Source: Puccinia triticina | Lineage: Eukaryota | NCBI GenBank assembly: GCA_026914245.1 | Contig: CP110439.1 | Coordinates: 4,464,001 to 4,528,000 of the forward strand | Length of the DNA stretch: 64,000 nucleotides | Direction: 5' to 3' | Shown here: piece after piece, positions 52,040-64,000 of the stretch | Numbering within the stretch: the first letter of the stretch is position 1 | Layout of the letters: every line of letters starts with the position of its first letter | Notes under the pieces: model-generated | Told to the model about the DNA's origin: nothing | What the model saw: only the letters and a program-made list of their open reading frames with translations | The model's database searches: none | Position numbers and translations under genes: made by a program

Positions 52040-53763
52040 TAGAGATGGCATATGGCACCCGGGTACCTATGGCGGGTGCGGGTACCCCTCTGTTTTTTCA
52101 CAAATTCCTCACACCCGCACCTGCACCCGGCACCCGCCATGGGAGGTACCGGGAGGTACCCGGGTATCACCTTTGATGGCTGGCTGAGAGGTTGTAGCAC
52201 CTTCAATGACCGGCTGACTGGTCATTGAGAGATTTTAGGCTCCTCAATGGCTGGCTGATCGGTCATTGAGAGCCTTTATCCTTTTTGTCAGCCGGCCATC
52301 AAGAGGCTGTATCCCTTTCAATGACCGGTCAGCCGGTCATTGAGAGTGTAGCCTCTTTGATGACCGGTCAGCCGGTCATCAAGAGTGTAGCCTCCTTGAT
52401 GACCGGTGAGGAACTCCGTCCGGTGCTAGGCCGGCGGCAGTTGAGGGAGGGGAAATGGAAAGAAGAAGGAAATTGAGATATATGCCCTCTGGGTGTTTGG
52501 CCGAAAAAGAGCGTTGAAAGGGAGGGGGGGTGATTTTTCTGACAGCTGGAGTTGCGCGTCAGCGGTTTTTGTGTTGAGAAAAGAGCCGGGGATACTGCCG
52601 GCAGGAGTGTTATCTAAACCAAAAGATGGTGGAAATCGGCGTTTGCGGGGTAATGAACTTAAGAGACGTGAGATTTCTGAGAATACGGGCGGAAGACGCC
52701 AAGAACAAACAAACTTTTGAATTCTGATGGAAGACTGAAAAATATAGTTCAGAGTAGGTCCATGCCGCTCCAAAGCCTGAGTTCGACTGAACCCAACCCT
52801 TGGAGCTTGTGACATCTAACAGACAGCTCATCACAACCTAGCGCGCACGCGCGCGCTACAACAAACAAAACAGGAAACAGAAACAGGACAAAACAAAACA
52901 AAACAGAAACAAAACAAAACAAAACAAAACAAAACAAAACAAAACAGAAACAAAAAAAACCAACCCTCCTCATCCAAAACCTAACCAACGCGCGCAAAGT
53001 GAAAGAGAAAATAACAAAACATGATGAACAGAAAATTGACAGGAGAACAAAACCATCAACAAACAAGAGAACAGAAGGGAAAAGAAAACCTGAAACGCCT
53101 TGAGGATGCGCGCCATGCTGCGCCATTGAATGTTGAGGAAGCCTTGAGGGCTGGGCTTGAGGTCTTGCTGTCTTGAACCTTGATGTCTCCCAGCGCGCGC
53201 CACGCGCAATAAAAAAAGTTGATCCGACGCGTGTACCAGTCTGTCCACCACACCGGCCGACCGGTCATTGAGAGGTTGGAGGCTCTTTGATGATTGGCTG
53301 AACGTTCATTGAGAGCTTTTATCCTGTTCAATGACCGGTCAGCCGGCCATCAAGAGGTTGTATCCCTTTTGATGACCGGTCAGCCGGTCATCAAGAGGTT
53401 GTAGGCTTTTTGATGACCGGCTGAACGGTCATCAAGAGGTTTTATCCTCCTCGATGGCCGACTGACCAGTCAGCCGGTCATCAAGAGTGTAGCCTCTTTG
53501 ATGACCGGCTGACCGGTCATTGAGAGGTTGTAGGCTCTTTGATGACCGGCTGAACGGTCATCGTGAGCTTTTATCCTCTTCAATGACCGGTTCAGTCACT
53601 CATCGAGAGGTATCCTCTTTGATGACCGGCTGACCGGCGGGTACCCGTCCAGGTACCCGCCGTCCTTCCCACCAGAATTCTGGACACCCGCACCCGCCGG
53701 CGGGTACCTGTAGGGCCAAACGGGTACTGGGTACCCGGCACAAGTACCCATTTGCCATCTCTA
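52040..53763. mobile_element. Non-autonomous hAT element, TIR TAGAGATGGCA, 8-bp TSD TTACTGAT, containing palindrome array 3
   Basis: Perfect TSD at 52032-52039 and 53764-53771; GGTACCC subterminal repeats; units TTGATGACCGGTCAGCCGGTCATCAAGAG. Confidence 0.95.
52407..53252 (-). mobile_element. Solo LTR, 846 bp, TSD CCGG
   Basis: TGAGG...CCACA; CCGG on both sides; composition resembles the Gypsy B LTR; internal (AAAAC)n tract. Confidence 0.85.
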
Positions 53764-55249
53764 TTACTGATATTGGATTGACATTCATTAGAGCTGTGAG
53801 AGTCACCACAATGTTTACAAAGGGGAGAGTTTTTACAAATTTGAGCAGTATGACCGATTTCTAGACATTGGAAACACTGAAGTGGAGATTTCTTATAATG
53901 CGCACCGGTCAAGGTTAGATAGTTAAAGAAAAGGCTACCTTTCTCAACCTTACAAGCAAGGTCTTTATCAAAAAAAAATACAATCAGTGAACCATGTGAT
54001 TCTTTATTGGCTTGTGGATTTCCAAGCCATCGAGCACCTTGAATATGGTCTGGGTGAATTTTTATTCTCTCAACATAATTCAGCAAGGGTGGCCTTATTA
54101 TTTGGAGTAAAAGAAATCAGAACCAAATGAAGAATCAGTGGGAAAGTTGACGGAGGGGTAACAAGAGAAGGATCACATAAATGTGTCCACTTGTGTTTAT
54201 GCTCCAATAACCAGTTTGTAGCAAAGCAAGTCTGAGTAAAGAACTTAAAATCACCCAAAGGTAATCAAGCAACACCCTTTACACTGATGGTAGATCCATC
54301 AGCTGTGACGGCTTCAATGTCTTTAAGCACATCACTCACTTTTTTTAGTGATTTCTGGAGGGGACATCCGGGAAAAAGGCCAAGAGTCCAGAATAGTCTT
54401 GCGCATAATAAAAAAAGCTGGTTTGAATTCATTCAATACCTGGTTTGATGGAGGTGAACGGGCAACAGCCATCTTGGAAACAGTCAGAGTGTATTTCTTT
54501 GTGGTTGAAGCCCACGACGAGTTTGTTTTAGGTTTGGATTGAAGAACAGAGTTGAGCAACTTCTCAAAAGAGTCTAATTGTTGAGTAATCTTCTCCATCA
54601 TAGAGAGGGTTTGAACACTAGTGATCTTCTTGATTGCTAACAATGGGGATTCTTGCAATGTACTAGCTCAACGGACGAGTGATGGCGAGTACGGCGTGGA
54701 AGGATAAGTGCATTGCACTAGGAAAGAAAAGAGAAAAAAAAACAAAGAAAGAGAAGAAAACACATACCTAGCTCAACAGACGAGTGATGGCAAGTACGGC
54801 GTGGAAGGATGAGGAAAAGCCCTTCCACGTATGCCTATTGAGCTAGATGACTACCTACAACACTTTCACAGAATGATGAAAGATGTGTGAAAGGTTGGAA
54901 GCATAGAAACAAGGTGAAAACAGGAAACAGAAACAGAAACAAAAATAGGAAACCTCAACAGGGATAAGGTCTTAACCTTTTCTGCATCCATGAAGATACT
55001 CCCCTCAGAGTTGGAATGGGCAAAAATCTCAGTGATTGCATTTAAAAACCCAGGTTCAGGGTTCTGAGGGTTATGTTGGGACTCAGTGAGAGGAGGGTTG
55101 CTAGAAAAATCCGACTGAGTTGGGGTTTGTGAACGGTCAGGAGCAGACTGGTCAAGAGACAAATCCAAGGATACAACATCCTCCATCTCTATGGTTTTTG
55201 ACCAGCCATCCTTGTTGACCTTAGAACCATTATGATTCTTGTGTGGCAT
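53764..55249 (-). pseudogene. LINE ORF1 (gag-like) with CCHC knuckles, decayed
   Basis: CFQCLEIGHTAQIC and CKHCGDSHSSNEC; WLG...HGSLIV. Confidence 0.85.
54651..54960. mobile_element. Solo LTR-like insert, 310 bp, 5-bp TSD GGGAT
   Basis: TCTTG...CAACA; removal restores LINE ORF1 KVKTLSPLLAIK; internal ~45-bp duplication. Confidence 0.8.
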
Positions 55250-55741
55250 GTTACTGGCTCCACAAGCGGAGTAAGGTAAGAACCTTGTGCTCTTTTTGGG
55301 GGGGCCAGAAAACTTAATCTTTAAAGAATTCAGACAGGGAAAGGGAAAGGGAGGATGGGATGGAGATAAGGTGGTTTACAGAAAGGATGAATCAATAGAT
55401 AAGATAGAATATACTTTGGTTGATACTTATTGATTTTTAGGATTTTTGAAGGTGGATGGTTTTGAGGGTGGTCGGTTTTTAGTGGTTGATATTGAGTTTT
55501 TCCCTCAGCATGAGAGCCATGTGGAGCAGACCTGTGGAGAGGCTGGTAGAGGAGCTATAAAAAATATAAAACCTCCCAGCCAAATCAACTTTCTGCTCCC
55601 GCTTAAATTCTGCAATAATAACCAAGTCTCTCCCTGTGGGAGTGGCAGTTTTGCAGCCAGCCAGTGCTACACAGCAAGCCTCCCACCAGGGGGGACTTGT
55701 GTTAAGTTAGTGGGTGGCAACAACCTTCCTGGCTGCCTGTG

Positions 55742-56063
55742 TGTAAGCCCCCTCCTTTGGGGTCTCACAAAGCTGTCACATAGTCATCAGTAGATTAAAT
55801 AATCCTCCCAATACTAGGTCTCAGCCTGTTCCTTCCCTAGCTCCACAGAGATCCCTGTAGAGCTAGGTAAGCCGCTTGCCCCTTTCACTTTATCCACTCT
55901 TTCTCTCTTCTCACCAGTTGTATAGAACAGAGATCCCTGGAGACTGACACATCTCTCTGAGCTAGCTCCTACTCATCTTGAAATACAGTCCCTGGTCTTA
56001 GAAACTGTGCCCTTGCACCCCTCTTGAGCCATTTCAACAGTGAAGGAGATTCAACTCCTTACA
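55742..56063. mobile_element. Possible short solo LTR
   Basis: TGTAAG...CTTACA termini; no clear 4-5 bp TSD. Confidence 0.45.
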
Positions 56064-56366
56064 GTGCACTGTGCCAAAGTGAACATGATCATAATGATCT
56101 TTATTTCACAATGCAAGGCAACAACAAAAAAATTGACATCACAGAATGCCATGACTGATGTACAGCAACAGTTACAGGACCCTCTGTCTAAGCATTTTAC
56201 AAAACACAATGTGTAATGAAATCTGAAGGTCACAAAACAATATTGTGATATGCTTCTAAAAGTCAACAGATAAATACAATGCTGTTGTGAACAGTAATAC
56301 ATGTGAGGGGGATAAGATATGGGTGAATTAGAGTCAAGGAAAAAAGAGCAAAATAAGAAAGCAAGA

Positions 56367-58566
56367 TCAAGAAGGGTGTCTAAGACTACCAATGTGGCGA
56401 TCAAGATCGGGGACATTGAAGGGGATCCGGTTAGCTCTAAAGATAGCGCGTTTGAGTCTAAGCCAAGGCTGTTTAGAGTCGACGAAGCGAAAACGAAAGA
56501 GGTGGGAGAAGAGGAAGAAGCTGAAGAGCTCGGCGGAGATGGTGTTGATGAGGAGGATGAGGATGCGGAGGGCGAGGGAGAGATCGGCCAGCAAGCCGGG
56601 CCGGTCGATCGGACTGGAGTCGCACTCGAACGGGCCGTCGATGGCCACAAAGTTCGGCGGGGGGAACCAGGAAGAGCGTCTGCGTATCTGAGCCAAGTTG
56701 CGGTCCTCGGGGGTGATGAACGACAACAGCCATCGGAAATAGAACCGGCGCAGGCCGTTGATCAGCCCGGCCACGAACGCCCGTGTCTTGCTCAGTCGGA
56801 CAGGTGGCGGGCTCGGCCCGCTGCCCAGCGGCTGGTACTGGCGCACAAAGCTGTTCTCAAACACCCGGTCGAACAGCGCCATCGACGACACTTTCCAGGC
56901 GGCTTCCGTCTCATCTCCTACTAGTTGGGCTATTGAAGGCGTGGGGAACACGAGCAAATCTGTGAAGAAGCCCGCCGATCCATACTGGATCGTCAACGTT
57001 TCGTGGACCATCCCCGATTCTGAACCTTCGTTGTCTGGAGAAGGAGCGATCTCAATGGTCGCTTGAGTTTGGTCGGCTGGTTGGAGGATCACAGTGACTA
57101 TGCTCGGCCGCTCTGAGTGGCCTGAGGGCTGCTGCTCTCCCTCTTCTTCTTCTGAAGCTGGTACTTTCTCATCAGCCAGATTAACAAAGCTGCCTAAGCT
57201 GGTTAGCTCGGTGTCCGGACTGTTCTTTGGGGCAAGGGTGTGAGCCGACTGGCTGATCTTCGCGCTGGACTCTGCAATTTGGTTGACTCTTCGCGTGAGA
57301 TAGTCGACCACAATTTGCTGGGCCCATCGCGAGCACCAGTCGGGTTCTTGCCACCCAGTGGCACCGATATGCCCCCCTTGCTGGATCGGATTCGGGCCTT
57401 TGAACGCATGCTCTTGATCGAATACCGGCTCCGGTCTGGGATAGACATCCAGCCGAGGCTTGCCCATATGCAGCTTGAAGGATTCGTAAAGGATCCTCAG
57501 ACTGGTTAAAAACAGCACGATCGGATATCGAGACCATATCCGGATCAGGTTCGATGTGGTCAAAGGCTTGCCAGTCCCATTGAGGGTCGCGAAAAACTTC
57601 TTTTCGCCCGATTCGGTCAAAAAGATGATCTTGAATTTCAGGCTGATGTCTGATTGGACGTCTGGTTTGGCGTTTGAGAATGGGTCTGAAAGTGAAATCT
57701 TGTAGGAGCCGGACCGATCGTTGAAAGGGGAAACATGAAACGCCCTGGGGATAATCCATTCATGTTGGAATCTGGGATAGTAAACAAGTATGACAAGTTA
57801 CTATGTATTGTGGTAAGTGAGAATTGGTTCAAAGGTTGACTGACCCTGATTGTGTATTTGGGAGCTCGTTGATGCCGACTTGGAGAAGATAAGAGTGCCG
57901 CTCAGAGAATGTGTTTTGGACATCAAGCACCACGTACTTGAGTGGTGGATGGATTGGATCAGATGGATCGGTGGGTTTCTGATAACAAAAATAAATGCTA
58001 AGAGGGTTGATCGACGTGAATCCCAGATAGGTAGGCATACTGAGCAGATAGACTTTTCCGATCTTTTCATGAGGGTCATCGATACCGAATGTGGCTTCTA
58101 GCTGGTTGAAGAGTGATTGTTTTATGGAATGTGTTTGATTGGTGTTTTTGAAATAAGATGAGGGAGAGATTGAGAAGATCTGGATGCATTTTAACCAATT
58201 GGATAGATCAAAGAACTGTCTCAATCTGGTAGCCAGTGGAGGACTATTTGCGGGTTTGGCGAATCTGAATAGATGGGGTATGTCGAGCTGAGCAGACTCG
58301 AGATGGTCGAGGTCGAGCCCGAACTGGATGAGCGAGTATTTGAATTGATGAGCTGAGGATGATGGGAGGAACCTAGCATGCAGGGTTTGGTTGATGAATA
58401 GATGCGAGTTGGAGGAGGCCTTTCTGGTGAGCTTCTTAGATTGGATGTCGAATATCATGAGTGAGAGGCCGATGAGCAGTGGGGGTAGGATAAGGTCGAT
58501 GGGGTGAATCGAGCTTGCTTGAATGGGTATCAACGGCCGGGTGACGAGGGTGTCGGAAGGGTCCAT
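56367..58566 (-). CDS. DUF1365 family protein; intron 57772-57844
   Basis: HARFLP..HQFKY, PTYLGF.SINPLSIYFCY, VQNTFSERHSY, AFHVSPFNDR; the intron joins both ORFs in frame. Confidence 0.85.
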
Positions 58567-59605
58567 ATTCGTGTCTGGCTATCTTGCTTGTGCGAGAATG
58601 AACGGGTTCCGCTTGAGCTAGTCGGGTTCCGCCCTCTGCCTCCTTGCTTCGGCTTTTGGATGATCGCGTTTCCAATCCAGCGAACGACTTTGAGCAGTCA
58701 CAAAATTCAACGAGAATTGTATTAACCTGTGGATGTCGAATTAATAAGTCAGCATGGAGTCCTCCGCCCCGGAGGATGTGATCCGAGAACCATTGACTGA
58801 CCAGCTGGGTTGATGTGCTCGTCGATTCAGTTTGGTAGGAACTTGACTCGCCTGCGGTGTGTGTCGGCAGTCAGCGGGCTGTGTGTGTGAGCGACGGCGC
58901 TCCGGGACAATCTCCATCCGGACCCCGAGCTCCAGCTTACGTAACACACCTTTCTCAGCCGGAGTCAAAGCTCAATCCGAGCCGGTCCACACCGTTCCTT
59001 CATTCTGATTATGCTTGCTTCTCGCTGATCAACTATGTGTAGGTATCCGAGGCACCCCTCGCTAAACCAGTAAGATCAGACGTACAAATTGGTTCCCTTC
59101 CCGGGCGGAGTGGGATGTAAACCTTAAAGTTGAGTCGGCTCAAACTACTCATCACGCCGACGGGAGCAAGGGCCCCTCCGGGACGGCTTCTCCCCTCCAG
59201 TTGCAGAGGGACAGCTGAGTTATTATGTGGCACCGGTCTCGCTTCACTCGATTTCCTCGTTTCACGGGCTATAGGGCAGGGCATTGGTAAGTCCCTTATC
59301 ACAAGGAGCCTCGTAACTTGTTCCTATACATGGATTTCTCTTCAAAGCTAAACGAAATACACAAAGCGCACATGGAGTCGCAGGCGGCCCGGGCGTACTG
59401 CATCGAGCGGTCTCTTGGAAAAACCCGCAACTAGTAAGAGGAACATTTACAATCCTGTAACAACTCGGCATTTTCATGTGTGCGATTCAACTTCTCACCA
59501 ATGTACATACAATCCTCATTACAAGCTTGAAACCAGTGGAACCCACTGCTATGGCACCTGATGGAAGTTCCTACGTGCTCCAAAACAAAACATAGGGTAG
59601 ATGAG

Positions 59606-59614
59606 TATAAAAGG
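59606..59614 (+). promoter_or_regulatory. TATA box
   Basis: TATAAAAGG about 100 bp upstream of ATG 59707. Confidence 0.55.
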
Positions 59615-59706
59615 CCCCCCCCTCCCCTTCTCGGACTCCCCCATCCAACCCGATCCTAGCCAGTTGACCCGATCATTACACTTTTCCTCAATTTTAGCAT
59701 CACCAG

Positions 59707-60936
59707 ATGCACTTCACCGCGTCTAGTACACTCTGCCTTCTATTTTTTATCTGTCATCTGGCAGGCAGCACAAAAGGAAGCATTTCAAGGACAGGCCGCA
59801 CTTACGAGGCGACTGCCAGCTCCGCCTCCTCCGCAGCCACGCCAATGGATGAACTTGACTCTGTGGTTCCACCCGCTGAATGTTCCGAAGTCGAGAGCCG
59901 TATTCAAGAGCTCAAGCAAAAGATGTTTCCTGCTTCTATGGGTGTGTAAAATACCCCCACTCTGCACGCCATAGCTACTCCTGCAATCGTTCTCCCTCGT
60001 TTCTCTTCAAGAACGCTCTAGATGGCCAGTTCTTCAATGTCCTGCTAAACACAAACTGACATATTTTTTTTTCCAATGCGGATCTCCAGAACGTCTTACA
60101 GGTAGGCCTCGAGATGTTTAACATTTCACTTTAGTAATCCAGACCTGATCATGGATTGCCAAGAAGACCTTACTGATTTTGAGGTTTTCCCGTAATTTCT
60201 CGCTGTCTAGATTGCTACACCCCGGTTCAAGATGATGAAGATGCAAAACAGCGTTAGTACTGATCGATATTTTCGAATGTGCCGACGTGAGTGGTTGAAA
60301 GTAGGAAGGCAATTGCTCAGATTTTGTTGCACCCTTTTCGCCACCCCGTTCTCCTCAATTCGCCCCATTGGAATTTTTCTTGTTGGCCTGTTTCGCCCAT
60401 GTTCCCCGACAGTTGTCAAAGGATATGCCAAAGAATATGCCAAAGGTAAGTAAACCCCTCGCAGCATTCCTATCGGAGCTGCTGAATTTAATCCTAGTCC
60501 CCATCATGCTTGGCACTGATATTTCACAATTGGTTCAGTCAAAATCCCTTGGAGAATATGGCATAGAAACCACCCGCGCAGGTTATTCATCGAACATATC
60601 CGGCCGCCGGGTATATTTTTGTGCCTCAGTGGCACTGCAATTCCAGTTAAATATCACGCAGATTTCATAAAACTTGGGTTTGAAAACATGCTGGCCAATG
60701 ATAGAACGGATATAGAAGTCAAGGAATGGCTCGTAGTTCTTGCTTATACCCTGAACCACTATGAAGCAAAAGATAAAGACAGGGCACCACAGATGGCCAT
60801 ACCTGCAAAGATTGGTCTCGATAGATTGAGGTTAAAGTATAGAAAAAAGAAAGACCTTCTCTTTCATATCGATGGAACGTGGTTACTTGTTAAAGAAATT
60901 CTCACGCGCGGAGGGATTGATCCAAAAGAGGTTTAA
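59707..60936 (+). CDS. Candidate secreted protein/effector; exons ~59707-59941, 60090-60101, 60211-60253, 60305-60445, 60539-60936
   Basis: Signal-peptide-like MHFTASSTLCLLFFICHLAGS; GT-AG introns give a continuous frame. Confidence 0.7.
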
Positions 60937-63900
60937 CATGGGAGAAGGGTTTGTTTTACCATTGAAATTTCACTTCCTGGTATATCATCACACTCATGAA
61001 ACCTATTTAACTGGCACATCTTTCCCATTGCAAATTAGAACTCCTTGATCCGTCGAATGGGTTCGGACAAACAAAAGGTTAGTAAAACGAGTTATCTTAA
61101 CCGCTAGCTTGCACTCCGATTGATATTGAATTTCAGCCTTCATCAAACTTTCACTATCCAGGCAATTTGGAGAAGCTTCATAAAACCCTCTAGAATGATC
61201 CCCAGTTTTCCAAGGCAATCTACCCCACCTATCCAATATATGAGGGGGGGGGGGGGCTCAAGGACCTTGCTGTAAATTTCCGCTCTTTTTCGTCTCATGG
61301 AGTTAGAGAGTGGCAACCCTAGCTGTCTTGTATCATCTTTGCATTCAATCCAAGTGGGATATTCTGTTCAGATCTGTGTTGGCATAGCTTTTTCACCAAT
61401 CTATTCTTCTATCTAATCAGGAGCTTCTCATCAAAATCTTAATACAAAAATCAGGGTGATCTGGAAAAGCGCTAGCCAAGGCTTTATTTCAGGTTCAGGT
61501 TAGCTGAATTTGGCAAGCCTAAGCCTGAAATCAAGCCTGGTGTTTGTTGAATTGGAGGCTGGGGATAGCCCAGACCAGTGGATTTCCAGCCAGGTTTGAA
61601 AGATTTCAAATGACTAAGAAGCTAGAAATTCAATCATTAGTAATTATCCCCCAAGGAAAATAGGACCTTTGGGCAGGGAAAATCTATAACCAATTTTGCA
61701 AAAATTACCTAGCTGGCAGAAGGAAAAACTCAGCTATACTGAGCATTCTCAGCAAAAAATCATTTTTTTCACAAAATGAGAAAAACGGAGTTTATTCAGT
61801 CTGGCAAGTGTTGGGCTAGTGCTGAGCATGCTCAGTTTGGTTCATTTTTAGCTCAATTTTTACTAATGTGTGATTTTGTTGAAAAAATTGACATTTTCCC
61901 CAACCCGAATGGCCTATTTTTCTCGGGAAAATTTGTAGATGATTGTAGTTTAGGGTCCTTACTTGGATAGGGCCTGAGACTTTTGGTATCCTTTCAGTTT
62001 GCTCCAGCAAAACAATGTAGGAGTATTGCACTGTTATCTGCAATTTATGCAATTTTGCTTCTCCATCAGTCTCTATGTCTATTTTTTGGTTTGCTTTTAG
62101 CTTGACAACTTACCAATTGTTTATCCAGCTCTTTGAGTGGAATTGGTTGGTTTGGTGTGCTCTTCTTTGAATTTGTCTAGAAGGTTGCAATAAACTTATT
62201 GTGTTTGCTCCTATTTAGTCTACTGTTCTTGTGTTTTCATCACACCACTTCCCTTTGGTGCTTGTTGTGATTCTCTTTGACAGGGAACTTTGGCTGGGAT
62301 TCTCCTCAAGATGAATCTTGCTGCTTGCGTTTGTTGGACCTGCTTGCACCACTGTGGATGTATCAGTTTTACCGCTCCCGCTGGGCAGTGTTTGAATCAT
62401 GGAAAGGGTTTGCTTTCCTTACAATTTCACACAGCTTGTTTAGCTCACAGCATCCTTCTGAATTTATTAAAATTATGATGTTCACCTAGGTGTGTAATCT
62501 CACAGGTTTAAGTTCCCAGAAATTTACAACTTAAACCAACCAATGTGAACGCTCTTAACAAGAAATGCAATGTGAACAAAAGAAAACTGGCCAACAAACA
62601 ATTATTAAAAAAACACAGCAGAAGAAAGAGATTGAATTCAAAGCAGCGTACAGAAACTGGAAATTTTGACTTTAACAAGGTAATGCAAAGTTCCTTGAAT
62701 ACTGACTTGCACTTGAACCCTTGGATATTGAATTTCAACCTCCATTGAAATCTCAATGTTCTGATGTGCTGCAAGAGCTTTGGAGAATCCTCAACAATGA
62801 ACCCCACCTTTCTGAATCAATCTACAAATCCAAGTTTATTAAAGACACAGATTTTCCAGAATGTCAAAAAAAAAATTCATGGGTTCCCCCTAGAATTTAC
62901 AAATCTCAGAAAAAACCAACCATGGGTTCTACAAGATTAAAACAGTGAAGAAAAAAAATCATGAGTCCCCACAAAGTATAAAATATGCAATTGTTCAACA
63001 ACTCCAATAGCCTTCCAACATCAGCAGAAGTGCTGTGCCACAGGCTCAGCCCCCAGCCCGCCTCAAGTGCACGGGTCAAAAGGACTGGACGTGAAGGCCC
63101 CCGGCCCGCAGCAAAGACTGGTGACCAGTGGGGGGCCCACTCTCTGCCCTTCAAACTGCGCACGTGCTACAGCGGAAGGGTTGAGGGAGACGGATAGCTG
63201 GAATTTCAGCATCTCCAAACCCCCTGGGGGACTACGGCCATCAACCCGCGCCTTTTAACCAAGACCAACCACACCACCCCCAGTCTAAAGTAACGCCGCC
63301 CCTCTCATTTCCCATTGCCATTGCCGCCACACCCGCCCCAGACCCAGTCGTTATGGTTCCAACCTCCCTGGAGATGGTCTCTACCACCACAGCAAAACAT
63401 GTTGATTTGGTTTACCCCTGGTAAGCCCTATTGTTTCCCCCCATCGCGACCACCCCTTATGCTAATCAAACTTGGTCATCCTTCATCTACAGCGTCCCTT
63501 TTAACCATCGTACCGCCATTTCTCAGACCGCGCAAAGCCACTCGGGCCATTGAAAACTGGCATTCAAACCGTGCCCAGCCAGTCGGGCCGTTGAAGCGCT
63601 CCCATTCAAACTGCGCCAAACCAGTCTGCTTGAAATATGTTGCCTTAGTTTAGCCGGTTTACCGGTTACTCCAACCCCCAGCCATCACTCCCACTGTCAG
63701 CTGCCTAAGCCAGACTAGGCCAATACACCCAGCTGTACCCCACTCGCCTCATCAAGACCAGCCCCTTACACACCCCACCGTCCCCCAAATACTCACACAG
63801 GGCCATCTACAACATATAGTCTGCTTATTATTAATCCCCATTCAAACCTTGCCCAGCCAGTCCAACTGAAAACCATGCCCCTACTTTGTCCAGGCCTTGG

Positions 63901-64000
63901 TCTCAACCACCAAGTCAGGCCAGGCTAATACAGTTGGATCTTTGATCAAGCAGATGGTTCCGCTTGTCTACCTTTGTGGTCACCATTCTTGTCACAAGAT

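Noticed and set aside
56051..56924. 199-aa and 201-aa ORFs
   Set aside because: Alternative-frame or antisense shadows of the DUF1365 gene 3' end.
61000..64000. Short ORFs near the window end
   Set aside because: Fragmentary, with no recognisable motifs; probably decayed repeat DNA.

Overview
Eukaryotic, intron-containing, TE-dense DNA. It is most likely from a rust fungus (Pucciniales), judged from a Pucciniomycotina-type 5S rRNA fragment, short GT-AG introns and the TE families; this assignment is inferred. Layout: 0.5-12 kb is a CACTA/EnSpm-like region with a spliced, apparently intact transposase and accessory genes. 12-28 kb is decayed TEs, MITEs, solo LTRs, a 5S/tRNA remnant and satellites. 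28-56 kb is a deeply nested TE stack: palindromic-repeat arrays, two Ty3/Gypsy elements (one near-intact with 797-bp LTRs), solo LTRs, a hAT element, a hAT MITE and a fragmented Tad1-like LINE. 56-61 kb holds two host genes, a DUF1365 protein and a candidate secreted protein. Most notable observations: (1) four independent LTR insertions sit inside GATGACCGG-N3-CCGGTCATC palindrome arrays at (C/T)CGG sites; (2) the young Gypsy has a 50-nt primer-binding site matching mature, intron-less tRNA-Tyr positions 27-76; (3) the same Gypsy carries five copies of a conserved cassette bounded by splice-donor-like motifs; (4) a reconstructable ~825-bp inversion and a hAT-bounded deletion. All calls were made by eye; no database searches were run.
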